Shown here: one piece after another, positions 15,193 through 23,241 of the stretch
How positions within the stretch are numbered: the stretch's first letter is position 1
How the letters are laid out: every line of letters begins with the position of its first letter
Assembly (NCBI GenBank): GCA_964464515.1
Contig: CAYXGP010000132.1
Coordinates: 1 to 23,241 of the forward strand
Length of the DNA stretch: 23,241 bases
Origin: an uncultured Enterobacterales bacterium
GTDB lineage: Bacteria; Myxococcota_A; UBA796; UBA2385
Direction of reading: 5' to 3'
Position numbers and translations under genes: made by a program
Notes under the pieces: generated by a model
The model's input: only the letters and a program-made list of their open reading frames with translations
Told to the model about the DNA's origin: nothing
Databases searched by the model: none

Positions 15193-15412
15193 CCAACAAC
15201 TGCAGCGCATCGTCTGCTGCGATGAGGACAGCCGTCCCGTTGTCTACCTCCGCCATGCGCCGCTTGAGTTCGCTGGCCCAAGCCACCCGCCACTCGTCAC
15301 TCCCTCCGTTTTGCTCGGACTGGTACACACTGTCGAGCAGGCTCAGCGCGAACACCTCCCGCTGCTCCAAGGGGAGTTTCAGCGCTTCATTCATGAGCTG
15401 ATCAACGGCCAT
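15161..15412 (-). CDS. Putative addiction-module antitoxin (small acidic helical protein upstream of, and overlapping, the ParE-like toxin)
   Basis: The ATG at 15412 gives MAVDQLMNEALKLPLEQREVFALSLLDSV...SDEWRVAWASELKRRMAEVDNGTAVLIAADDALQLL, about 84 aa. This resembles the 'putative addiction module component' family (LxLPxxERxxLAxxLLDSL...W..EL.RR....D.G), which is often paired with ParE/RelE toxins. The ORF-track start at 15454 adds 14 residues. Confidence 0.55.
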   Translation of the reverse strand: MAVDQLMNEALKLPLEQREVFALSLLDSVYQSEQNGGSDEWRVAWASELKRRMAEVDNGTAVLIAADDALQLLDEAIAEAACD

Positions 15413-15468
15413 GTTGATGCGGTATCTCAAGCGATGCGGCAAGTCCAGCGCCATTCGGAGACCACGCT

Positions 15469-18390
15469 ATGTCGCGCCTGATCGTGCCATTGGGAATCCT
15501 GGCTGTGCTCTCCGGGGGCTGCCTCCCCTCCTTCCCCGACCGCAGCTTCAGCGAAGATCCCGAGCACGACTTCGACGGCGACGGCCTCAGCGAGCTGGAC
15601 GGCGACTGCGACGACGCCCAGGCCACCGCCTACCCCGACGGCGAAGAGATCTGCGACGGGATCGACAACGACTGCGATGGCAACATCGACGAGCCCACCG
15701 CCACTGACGCCTCCACCTGGTACGGCGACGAAGACCGCGACGGCTACGGCGCCGACACCTTCACCCTCACCTCCTGCACCCAGCCCGACGGCTTCTCCGC
15801 CGAGTCCGGCGACTGCGACGACGCCGTAGCCGCGATCAACCCCGCCGCCACCGAGACCTGCGACGGCACCGACAACGACTGCGATGGCCTGATCGACGAA
15901 GCCGACCCCTCGATGGAGGGCGAGGCCACCTGGTATCTCGATCGCGACGGCGACTACGTCGGCGACGAGTCCGAGTCCGTCGAGAGCTGTGACCAGCCGA
16001 GCGCCTCCCATGTCCGCGATGCAGGCGACTGTGACGACACCGACGCCTCCATCCACCCCCGCGCTGAGGAACGGTGCAACGAGAAGGATGACGACTGCGA
16101 TGGCCTGATCGATGACGACGACGCGGTCGAGTCCCCTGCGGTCTGGACCATCGATGCGGATGGGGACGGTTACGGCAGCGCTGCGACCAGCGCAGCAACA
16201 CTGGAGCAGTGTACGCCCCCCGATGGCTATGTAGAGGACGCCTCCGATTGTGATGACTCCGACGCTTCAGTCTCACCGGATGGCGAAGAGGTCTGCAACG
16301 AGATCGATGACGACTGCGACGACGTTGTCGATGACGGGGTCCAGACCACCTACTTCGATGACTCCGATGGGGATGGGTACGGCAACATCGCGATCAGCCA
16401 AGGCGCCTGTGAGACCCCACCATCCGGGTTCGTCTCGGACGCGACGGACTGCGATGACCTGAACGCGTCCGTTCACCCGGATGCTGACGAGTACTGCGAC
16501 GAGATCGACAACGACTGCGACGAGTACACGGACGAATCCGACGCTGTGGACGCGACGGTGTGGTACCGGGATGCGGACGAAGACGGCTACGGCGATGACG
16601 TTGTGAGCGAAGCGAGCTGCAGCGCCATCTCAGGCTACGTCGACGTTGGTGGTGACTGCGAAGACGCGATGGATGGTATCAATCCTGGAGCGACCGAGAC
16701 TTGCTATACCACCGATGATGATGATTGCTCAGGTAGCACCAACGATGAGGGCGCAACCGCCTGCGTGACCTGGTACCTCGACGATGATGGCGATGGCTAT
16801 GGTACTGAAGATGATGATGCCTGCCTATGTGTTGCCGAAGGGAGCTACCGAAGTAGGGTGACCGGAGACTGCGACGACTCAGACACCACCATCTCTCCCG
16901 ATGACCTTGAACGCTGCGATAGCGTCGACAACGACTGTGATGGCGATACCGACGAGGAGGATGCTGATGATTGTACCGCCTACTTCTACGACTGGGACGG
17001 CGATGGCTATGGCATCAACGACAGCAGGTGCCTCTGCTCTGATGATGGGTACTACAGGACTATGGCACTGGGAGACTGCGATGACGAAGATGCGGGAGTC
17101 TCACCGGATACACTCATGTGCGGATTGTATGGCGAGATCTCTTCAGATACTTCTGTAGGGTACTTGTCAGAGGGAGTGGTGCATGCTGGAGGAGCCGCTG
17201 TAAAGGCCTTCTCTGGAGATTTTGACTACGACTTGGATGGCTATACAGATATTGTCGCTGCCAGTACGGGTTTTGATAGTTCCTACACTGATGCTGGAGC
17301 GGTATTTCTCTTTCGTGGCCCCGTGTCTGGTGAGCACCTGTTGGATAGCACTACGGATGCGGATATGGTAGTAACTTCTACACAACCACAGTCCTATTTT
17401 GGGTCCGAGGTCAGCGCCGGTGACTTTGATGGCGACTACAGAGATGAACTGTTGATCTCAGCTTGGGGGAGCGGCCAGAGTTACTTCGTTGATGATGGGA
17501 TGAATGGGATAGGGACGCTGACCACGTCGTCTGTTGGAGTAGAGGTGTTGGGGTATGGTTCTGTAAGAGCACTATCAGATGTGAATGACGATGGTTTTGA
17601 TGATGCGGTTGTGGCGAGTGGGACTGCATCCACAACCTACCGATTGTCTTCAGGGTACATCGCATATGGAAGTCTGAGTGGATTGATCCCAGACACTTCA
17701 GGAGGCGATTTTTTTGATGGAAGGCTGTCGGGATCTGGAAACGCGGGTTCCATCGAGGCCCTTACGGCGGGAGGAGACGTTGATTCCGATGGGGTTTCTG
17801 ATCTTATCGCATATACTCATTCGTATTGGTTCTTGCGGGTTCACCTGGGCCCCTCAACGGCTGGAGGAACACTGTCTTTAGTCCCCGATGCCGAAGTCAA
17901 TATTGAGGCGTCCGAACCGGTTGTGTCCTTCATTGGAGACCTAAATGATGATGGATATGGCGACGTCGTATACGGCGAATATGCATATGACGGATATAGT
18001 AGCACAGAGGGTGATTTATACAACTCCGGAATTGTATTGGTGTTCATCGGGGATGCCACAGGTCTCCAAGCAACGTCTGAGGAAGACGCGAACTGGATTT
18101 TGTTGGGTGAGGACCACTATGATGAGTATGGGTTTGACTTTGGTGGTGGTGATATCAACGGGGACAGGTCTAATGACATAGTGATTTCATCAAAAGAAGG
18201 GCGTCCAGCCCTCCTATACTACGGTCCTTTGGTAGACGGCTCGTACGTGCAATCTGATGCAGATGCATCATTCTCCTTCCTCAACCCAGAGGCTGTTCAC
18301 TCTGCGGGGGATGTAGATAGCGATGGATATGACGATCTTCTCGTTGGGTCCGTCGATGATGAGATTTATCTCTTTCTGGGAGGCCCCTGA
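15469..18390 (+). CDS. Giant lipoprotein: about 10 MopE-type putative metal-binding Cys/Asp repeats followed by a 7-bladed FG-GAP (integrin-alpha-like) propeller region
   Basis: 973 aa. The lipoprotein signal reads MSRLIVPLGILAVLSGGCLP. The repeat unit is WY.D.DGDGYG....C..P.G...D.GDCDD.D..I.P.A.E.CDG.DNDCDG.IDE, the MopE/'putative metal-binding motif' family. The C-terminal third carries FG-GAP-like blades (GDFDYDLDGYTDIV, GDFDGDYRDELLI, SDVNDDGFDDAVV, GDVDSDGVSDLI, GDLNDDGYGDVV, GDINGDRSNDIVI, GDVDSDGYDDLLV). GC drops to roughly 45-55% from about 17100 onward. Confidence 0.85.
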   Translation: MSRLIVPLGILAVLSGGCLPSFPDRSFSEDPEHDFDGDGLSELDGDCDDAQATAYPDGEEICDGIDNDCDGNIDEPTATDASTWYGDEDRDGYGADTFTLTSCTQPDGFSAESGDCDDAVAAINPAATETCDGTDNDCDGLIDEADPSMEGEATWYLDRDGDYVGDESESVESCDQPSASHVRDAGDCDDTDASIHPRAEERCNEKDDDCDGLIDDDDAVESPAVWTIDADGDGYGSAATSAATLEQCTPPDGYVEDASDCDDSDASVSPDGEEVCNEIDDDCDDVVDDGVQTTYFDDSDGDGYGNIAISQGACETPPSGFVSDATDCDDLNASVHPDADEYCDEIDNDCDEYTDESDAVDATVWYRDADEDGYGDDVVSEASCSAISGYVDVGGDCEDAMDGINPGATETCYTTDDDDCSGSTNDEGATACVTWYLDDDGDGYGTEDDDACLCVAEGSYRSRVTGDCDDSDTTISPDDLERCDSVDNDCDGDTDEEDADDCTAYFYDWDGDGYGINDSRCLCSDDGYYRTMALGDCDDEDAGVSPDTLMCGLYGEISSDTSVGYLSEGVVHAGGAAVKAFSGDFDYDLDGYTDIVAASTGFDSSYTDAGAVFLFRGPVSGEHLLDSTTDADMVVTSTQPQSYFGSEVSAGDFDGDYRDELLISAWGSGQSYFVDDGMNGIGTLTTSSVGVEVLGYGSVRALSDVNDDGFDDAVVASGTASTTYRLSSGYIAYGSLSGLIPDTSGGDFFDGRLSGSGNAGSIEALTAGGDVDSDGVSDLIAYTHSYWFLRVHLGPSTAGGTLSLVPDAEVNIEASEPVVSFIGDLNDDGYGDVVYGEYAYDGYSSTEGDLYNSGIVLVFIGDATGLQATSEEDANWILLGEDHYDEYGFDFGGGDINGDRSNDIVISSKEGRPALLYYGPLVDGSYVQSDADASFSFLNPEAVHSAGDVDSDGYDDLLVGSVDDEIYLFLGGP

Positions 18391-18396
18391 CCTCCC

Positions 18397-19968
18397 ATGC
18401 GCCACTTCAACACCGCCGGCGTCTGCCAACCCACCCACCATTACATGCTCCCACCGGAGCAGCGCCTACCTGATCTCGGCCGCCTGGTAGATCAGAACGC
18501 CTACCTCATCGTCCACGCCCCCCGACAGACCGGCAAGACCACCACCCTTCGAGCCTTCGCCGCCACCTTGACCGCAGAGGGCCGCCATGCCGCCTTGCTG
18601 ATGTCCTGCGAAGGAGGACAGGTCTTCCCCGACAACATCGCGGCGGTCGAACAGCAGCTCTGGCGCTCGTTGATGCGATCAGCCCGAGCCCAGCTCCCCG
18701 AGTCATTGCGCCCACCTGAACCGGTCGCTGGCGCGGTCGGCGCCCATCTCGAAGACAACCTGGCTCGCTGGGCCCAGGCCTGTCCCCGCCCGATTGTCCT
18801 GGTCCTCGATGAGATCGATGCCCTGATCGGCGATGCGCTGATCAGTGTGCTTCGCCAGCTCCGAGCGGGTCACCCCGATCGCCCGCAGGCATTCCCGGCC
18901 TCGGTGATCCTGTGCGGTCTACGGGATGTGCAGGACTACAAACTGGCGGCCGGCGGCGGTCCGGTTCGCCCCGGTTCGCCGAGTCCGTTCAACATCCTGG
19001 TCAAGTCGATGACGCTGGGCAACTTCACGGAGGCCGAGGTCTCGACGCTCTATGCACAGCATACGCTGGATACGGGACAACCCTTCACCGATCAGGGAAC
19101 GGCGCGGGCCTACCACCTGAGCGGTGGTCACCCGTGGCTGGTCAACGCCCTGGCCCGCGAGGTCATCGAGGAGATGGGTGTCACCGACCCCATCACCGCT
19201 GCACACATGGACACCGCAGCCGAGCGACTCATCCTGGCGCGTGCGACCCACCTCGACAACCTGGTCCACAAGCTCTCTGAGCCACGCGTTCGGAGGGTGA
19301 TCGAGCCCGTGATCGCGGGGAACATCGCCCGAGTCGGCGCAAACTGGAGCGAGGACGTTCGCTATGTCCGCGACCTCGGTCTGATCGCCCCCCACTCGCC
19401 GATTCAGATCGCCAACCCGATCTACCGGGAAGTGATCGTGCGGGTTCTCGCAGACGGGCCGGACGATGTCCTCGTCATTCCACCGACCCGGTCCTTCATC
19501 CAGCCGGACGGCACGCTCGATCTGAGACGCATCTTGGAGGAGTTCGCGGTGTTTTGGCGAGAGCACGGCGACGCCCTCGCCGACGGCATCGTCTGGCACG
19601 AGGTGGCGGCGCAGCTCGTCCTGATGGCGTACCTACAGCGTGTGGTCAACGGCGGCGGCTTCGTGACCCGGGAGTATGGCATCGGGCGCGGGCGCATCGA
19701 CCTGTTGGTCCGGTGGCCGCACCTCGTCCTCGAAGAGCGCCACTGGCAACGCGAAGCGCTGGAGCTCAAGGCGTGGCGTGACAAGAAGCCGGACCCGTTG
19801 AGCAAGGGCCTCCAACAGCTCGACGGCTACCTCGATCGGCTTGGATTGGATACCGGGGTGCTCGTCCTCTTCGATCGGCGATCCAACGCCGGACCCATCC
19901 ATGAACGGACTATCTTCTCCGAGACGACCACCCCCTCCGGCAAGACCATCACCCTGCTCCGCGCATGA
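18397..19968 (+). CDS. AAA-ATPase-like domain protein with C-terminal PD-(D/E)xK-like region (family resembling Pfam AAA-ATPase_like plus PDDEXK_9 / DUF1703)
   Basis: 523 aa. The start is 6 nt after the upstream stop. The N-terminus MRHFNTAGVCQPTHHYMLPPEQRLPDLGRLVDQNAYLIVHAPRQTGKTTTL matches, as far as I recall, the highly conserved opening of the 'predicted AAA-ATPase' family (MR.FNT.GPC.PE.HYML...R....L...I....YF..HAPRQ.GKTT). This assignment is from memory, not a database search. A Walker-B-like motif (IVLVLDEIDAL) follows. The C-terminal part (EYGIGRGRIDLLVRW...ELKAWR) is compatible with a PD-(D/E)xK nuclease-like fold. Confidence 0.7.
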   Translation: MRHFNTAGVCQPTHHYMLPPEQRLPDLGRLVDQNAYLIVHAPRQTGKTTTLRAFAATLTAEGRHAALLMSCEGGQVFPDNIAAVEQQLWRSLMRSARAQLPESLRPPEPVAGAVGAHLEDNLARWAQACPRPIVLVLDEIDALIGDALISVLRQLRAGHPDRPQAFPASVILCGLRDVQDYKLAAGGGPVRPGSPSPFNILVKSMTLGNFTEAEVSTLYAQHTLDTGQPFTDQGTARAYHLSGGHPWLVNALAREVIEEMGVTDPITAAHMDTAAERLILARATHLDNLVHKLSEPRVRRVIEPVIAGNIARVGANWSEDVRYVRDLGLIAPHSPIQIANPIYREVIVRVLADGPDDVLVIPPTRSFIQPDGTLDLRRILEEFAVFWREHGDALADGIVWHEVAAQLVLMAYLQRVVNGGGFVTREYGIGRGRIDLLVRWPHLVLEERHWQREALELKAWRDKKPDPLSKGLQQLDGYLDRLGLDTGVLVLFDRRSNAGPIHERTIFSETTTPSGKTITLLRA

Positions 19969-19981
19969 CCCGGCTCCACCG

Positions 19982-20725
19982 ATGAAACTCAGCAAGATCG
20001 GCCGGAACGAACGCTGCCCCTGCGGGAGCGGCAAGAAGTACAAGCGCTGCTGCCTCAACCGAGATCCACTCGCCGACGCTGCCAGCGAAGATCTACAGGT
20101 GATCGCGGACCTGGTAGAGAGCAGGGATGATGTCCTCGGCGAGGAGCTGCTGTTCCACCTTCGGGATCTGCTCAAGCCGGGCGGGCTGCTCGAAAATCTG
20201 CGCTACAACGATGTTCGCTTCACGCGTGCGGTTGCTCCGTCCCTTCCCCGGCTGATGGAGGAGTTTCCCGATGGGCCCAGCACCAGGGATGGTGGCCAGA
20301 ATCCAGCTGCTCTCGACCGCTGGATGGAGCTCAGCATTCCTTTGCTCACATCCCGCCGGTTCGCGGTCCGGGCACAAGCCGAATTGATGGAGGTGCTCGC
20401 CGATGGGGAGCTCGATGCGCCCTATCGTCAGGCCCTTCTGCTCGCGATGCCCAGAATGGACGCCGGTCCGCATGACGGTCCCAGCTTTCTCGATGCTGCC
20501 CTCTTCCCGATACAAGCCCGAGAGTGGTTGTTAGATTGGCTCGCTCTCCAGGATGCGCTTGAACAGCCCCCTGAGCCCACCGATGACGCCTCCACGGCAG
20601 AGCCCTCGTCAACCCGATCACTCAATGAGGTCTTCTCAGGGGCTCCCCACATGATGTTGACCGTCGAAGGTCCACTCCGTGAAATGGGTCTGGGTCACCT
20701 CATCGATGGTCTGCCGACCGAGTAG
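19982..20725 (+). CDS. SEC-C motif domain protein (N-terminal CPCGSGKKYKRCC zinc-binding motif)
   Basis: The ATG at 19982 gives MKLSKIGRNERCPCGSGKKYKRCC, the SEC-C metal-binding motif. The remaining ~220 aa are helical and acidic, with no recognised domain. It lies 13 nt downstream of the preceding gene and 18 nt upstream of the next. I reject the ORF-track start at 19841 (P-rich extension). Confidence 0.7.
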   Translation: MKLSKIGRNERCPCGSGKKYKRCCLNRDPLADAASEDLQVIADLVESRDDVLGEELLFHLRDLLKPGGLLENLRYNDVRFTRAVAPSLPRLMEEFPDGPSTRDGGQNPAALDRWMELSIPLLTSRRFAVRAQAELMEVLADGELDAPYRQALLLAMPRMDAGPHDGPSFLDAALFPIQAREWLLDWLALQDALEQPPEPTDDASTAEPSSTRSLNEVFSGAPHMMLTVEGPLREMGLGHLIDGLPTE

Positions 20726-20743
20726 TCCCGTCTGGAGCCGCTG

Positions 20744-23241
20744 ATGCGCCCGTCTCTCATTGCCCTCACACTCTCTGCATGTATGCCTTCTTTCACGGAG
20801 CGCGATTTCTCGGAGAATCCGAAGGGCGACTTTGACGGTGATGGACTCTCTGAGTTGGATGGGGACTGCGATGACACCCAGCCCCTCGCCTACCCTGGCG
20901 CAGAAGAAGTCTGTGACGGCATCGACAACGACTGCGACGGGGACGCCGACGAGGACGATGCCACCGACGCCACGCTCTGGTACGGCGACGGCGATCACGA
21001 CGGGTACGGCATCACCACCTACACCATCACCGCCTGTGATCAGCCCGAGGGCTTCGCCGCCGAACTGGGCGATTGTGACGACACCCTGGCCGGCATCAAC
21101 CCAGGCGCGACTGAGACCTGCTCCGGCTACGACGACGACTGCGATGGCCTGATCGATGACGAAGACCCCAGCATGGAGGGGCTCCACTCCTGGCACCTCA
21201 ATGCGGACGGGGATGGGTACGGTGATGACTCTGTCACCGTAGAGGGCTGTGAGCCTCCGCCTGGCTACGTCTACGATGGCGGTGACTGCGACGACCTCAA
21301 CCGCGACGTCTACCCGGGGGCCACCGAGGTCTGCAACGAGCGGGACGACGACTGTGATGGGCTGACGGACGATGCCGACGCCGACATGGTCGGTCCTGAG
21401 ACTTGGTACCCCGACGAAGACGGCGACGGCTATGGAAGTAGCGCGTTGGATGCGGTCACGATCGAGCAGTGCAGCCAGCCTGAGGGATACACGGCTGACG
21501 CTGACGACTGTGATGATGCGGATGCGGAGATTTCACCGGAGGGGGCCGAGGTCTGCAACGAGGTGGACGACGATTGTGATGGGGTCGTCGATGACGGGGT
21601 GCAGACCACCTACTTTCTCGACTCGGACGGGGATGGGTTCGGCAACATCGAGATCTCTGCTGGGGCCTGTGAGGTGGCCCCGTCGGGGTATGTGTCCGAT
21701 GCGACTGACTGCGATGACTTGAACGTGTCCGTACACCCCGAAGCCGACGAGTTTTGCGACGAGATCGACAACGACTGCGACGAGTACACCGACGAATCCG
21801 ACGCCGTGGACGCGACCGTCTGGTACCGAGATGCTGACGAAGATGGCTACGGTGACGACGATGTCAGCGAATCGAGCTGCAGCTCCATTTCTGGCTACGT
21901 CGATGTGGGCGGAGACTGCGAAGACGCGATGGCCGGCATCAACCCCGACGCGACTGAGACCTGCTACACCACCGACGACGACGATTGCTCGGGCAGCACC
22001 AACGATGAGGGCGCGACGGCTTGTGTGACCTGGTACCTCGACGATGATGGCGATGGATACGGCACTGAGGATGATGATGCTTGCCTTTGTGTGGCCGAAG
22101 GGAGCTATCGGAGCAGAGTCACTGGGGACTGCGACGACTCCGACACTACCATCTCGCCAGACGATCTGGAGAGTTGTGATAGCGTTGACAACGACTGTGA
22201 TGGCGATACCGACGAGGAGGATGCCGACGATTGTACCGCCTACTTCTACGACTGGGACGGCGATGGTTACGGTGTAAACGACAGCAGGTGCCTCTGCTCA
22301 GATGATGGGTATTACAGGACTACTATTCTCGGGGATTGTGATGATGAAGATGCCAGTATTTCTCCTGACTCGCTGTCTTGTGGGCTATACGGCGACGTTT
22401 CTAATGATGGGGCTGCGGCTGTATTCCAAAATACGGGAGCGACCTCGAATTACCAGTTGCTCTCTTCGACAAAGTCCTATCATGGGAACTTCGACTACAA
22501 CCTAGATGGGCACGCGGATCTCGTCATGGGAAACGTGCAATACGACTCCTCCTACTCGGACGCCGGTGCCGTATTGTTGTTTCTTGGCCCCATTGAGGGC
22601 AGTTACTCCATTGAATCCTCATCTGATGCAGATCTCATGTTCACAGTCGATAGTGCACAGGCATACTGTGGTTCCGAGGTAGGAGTTGGGGACTTTGATG
22701 GTGATGGCCGCGTTGAACTGATAATCGGATCCGTGGGTAGTGGCCGGAGCTTTCTTGTTGAAGATGGAATGACAGGTTTTGGAACGCTTACAGACACCAG
22801 CGCAGGCATTGTCGAACTAGCATATGAATATACATCCATTGGCTCAGTTGCAGCGGTTGGAGACGTCAACGACGATGGATTTGATGATGCCATTTTATCC
22901 TATACAGGTGGGAGTTCCTCTTATTCTGTCATCCAGTCCTACATTGCCTATGGGAGTACAAGTGGTCTTCAAGTGGACACTTACGCGACGACACATTACG
23001 GCACCTACTATGGTGCAGGAGCCAGCACTGACAAGACAGGATTGGTTGGCAGTTATGTAAGTAGCGGAGACCTTGACGGGGATGGCGTCACTGACGTCAT
23101 TGTCGCTGAGATTGGCGTAGGAATTCACGTTGTCTCGGGTGTTAGTGGTTCTTCATTTGATCCTACAAACACTACCACCACCATCTCAGGAGGTCTATCA
23201 GACACTTTGAGGGGCCCACGTAGCCGCTGTTCTCGCCGAGT
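20744..23241 (+). CDS. Second giant MopE-repeat/FG-GAP lipoprotein, paralog of 15469-18390 (3' end beyond window)
   Basis: The ATG at 20744 gives MRPSLIALTLSACMPSF, with the lipobox LSAC. The repeat architecture matches the first paralog, including a block of about 0.7 kb (about 21713-22393 vs 16440-17120) that encodes a nearly identical protein with many synonymous differences. An FG-GAP region follows (GNFDYNLDGHADLV, GDFDGDGRVELII, GDVNDDGFDDAIL, GDLDGDGVTDVIV). There is no stop codon before the window end, and the open frame was read manually. Confidence 0.8.
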   Translation, partial: MRPSLIALTLSACMPSFTERDFSENPKGDFDGDGLSELDGDCDDTQPLAYPGAEEVCDGIDNDCDGDADEDDATDATLWYGDGDHDGYGITTYTITACDQPEGFAAELGDCDDTLAGINPGATETCSGYDDDCDGLIDDEDPSMEGLHSWHLNADGDGYGDDSVTVEGCEPPPGYVYDGGDCDDLNRDVYPGATEVCNERDDDCDGLTDDADADMVGPETWYPDEDGDGYGSSALDAVTIEQCSQPEGYTADADDCDDADAEISPEGAEVCNEVDDDCDGVVDDGVQTTYFLDSDGDGFGNIEISAGACEVAPSGYVSDATDCDDLNVSVHPEADEFCDEIDNDCDEYTDESDAVDATVWYRDADEDGYGDDDVSESSCSSISGYVDVGGDCEDAMAGINPDATETCYTTDDDDCSGSTNDEGATACVTWYLDDDGDGYGTEDDDACLCVAEGSYRSRVTGDCDDSDTTISPDDLESCDSVDNDCDGDTDEEDADDCTAYFYDWDGDGYGVNDSRCLCSDDGYYRTTILGDCDDEDASISPDSLSCGLYGDVSNDGAAAVFQNTGATSNYQLLSSTKSYHGNFDYNLDGHADLVMGNVQYDSSYSDAGAVLLFLGPIEGSYSIESSSDADLMFTVDSAQAYCGSEVGVGDFDGDGRVELIIGSVGSGRSFLVEDGMTGFGTLTDTSAGIVELAYEYTSIGSVAAVGDVNDDGFDDAILSYTGGSSSYSVIQSYIAYGSTSGLQVDTYATTHYGTYYGAGASTDKTGLVGSYVSSGDLDGDGVTDVIVAEIGVGIHVVSGVSGSSFDPTNTTTTISGGLSDTLRGPRSRCSRR

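Noticed and set aside
15427-16276. Minus-strand ORFs (209 aa, 146 aa) and other small ORFs inside the giant lipoprotein genes, including 20636-21196 and 20760-21152
   Set aside because: These are antisense or off-frame within the MopE-repeat genes. The repetitive GC-rich DNA keeps spurious frames open.
1-23241. Search for tRNA, rRNA, CRISPR arrays, IS elements or integrase genes
   Set aside because: I found by eye no cloverleaf-like conserved tRNA motifs, no repeat-spacer arrays, and no transposase or integrase-like ORFs. The only tandem DNA repeats are the 15-bp x3 in the kinase and the 11-bp x2 in the promoter region.

Overview
This window is high-GC (about 68-70%) bacterial chromosomal DNA. 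Several features point to Myxococcota (inference): a Ser/Thr kinase with a C-terminal PEGA-like domain, MopE-type "DGDGYG...DCDD...DNDCDG" repeat lipoproteins, and FG-GAP propeller domains. Gene order, left to right:
- Two-component system: the 3' end of an OmpR-type response regulator and a 2-TM HAMP sensor histidine kinase, on the + strand.
- A B12-binding radical SAM protein on the + strand that overlaps the kinase stop.
- A stand-alone CoaB-like (phosphopantothenate-cysteine ligase family) protein on the - strand.
- A PAP2 membrane phosphatase and an ABM monooxygenase on the + strand, joined by an ATGA overlap.
- A minus-strand block: a bacterial major vault protein (MVP) homolog, a disrupted ADP-ribosylglycohydrolase-like remnant, and two tandem PPP-family (calcineurin-like) phosphoesterases.
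- A divergently transcribed lipoprotein.
- A decayed minus-strand ORF with an in-frame TAG, next to a hypothetical protein.
- A Ser/Thr protein kinase whose stop overlaps the start of a secreted/membrane protein.
- A ParE/RelE-type toxin with a small antitoxin.
- A tightly packed + strand run: a giant MopE-repeat/FG-GAP lipoprotein, an AAA-ATPase-like/PD-(D/E)xK protein, a SEC-C motif protein, and a second MopE/FG-GAP lipoprotein that runs off the window.

I found no rRNA, tRNA or CRISPR array by eye. The most notable element is the MVP homolog, apparently co-transcribed with an ADP-ribose-hydrolase-like remnant and two phosphoesterases. The two giant paralogs are also unusual: their FG-GAP-encoding 3' portions drop to roughly 45-55% GC.

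Coordinates were partly recomputed by hand from the ORF track. Start codons are approximate in several cases.
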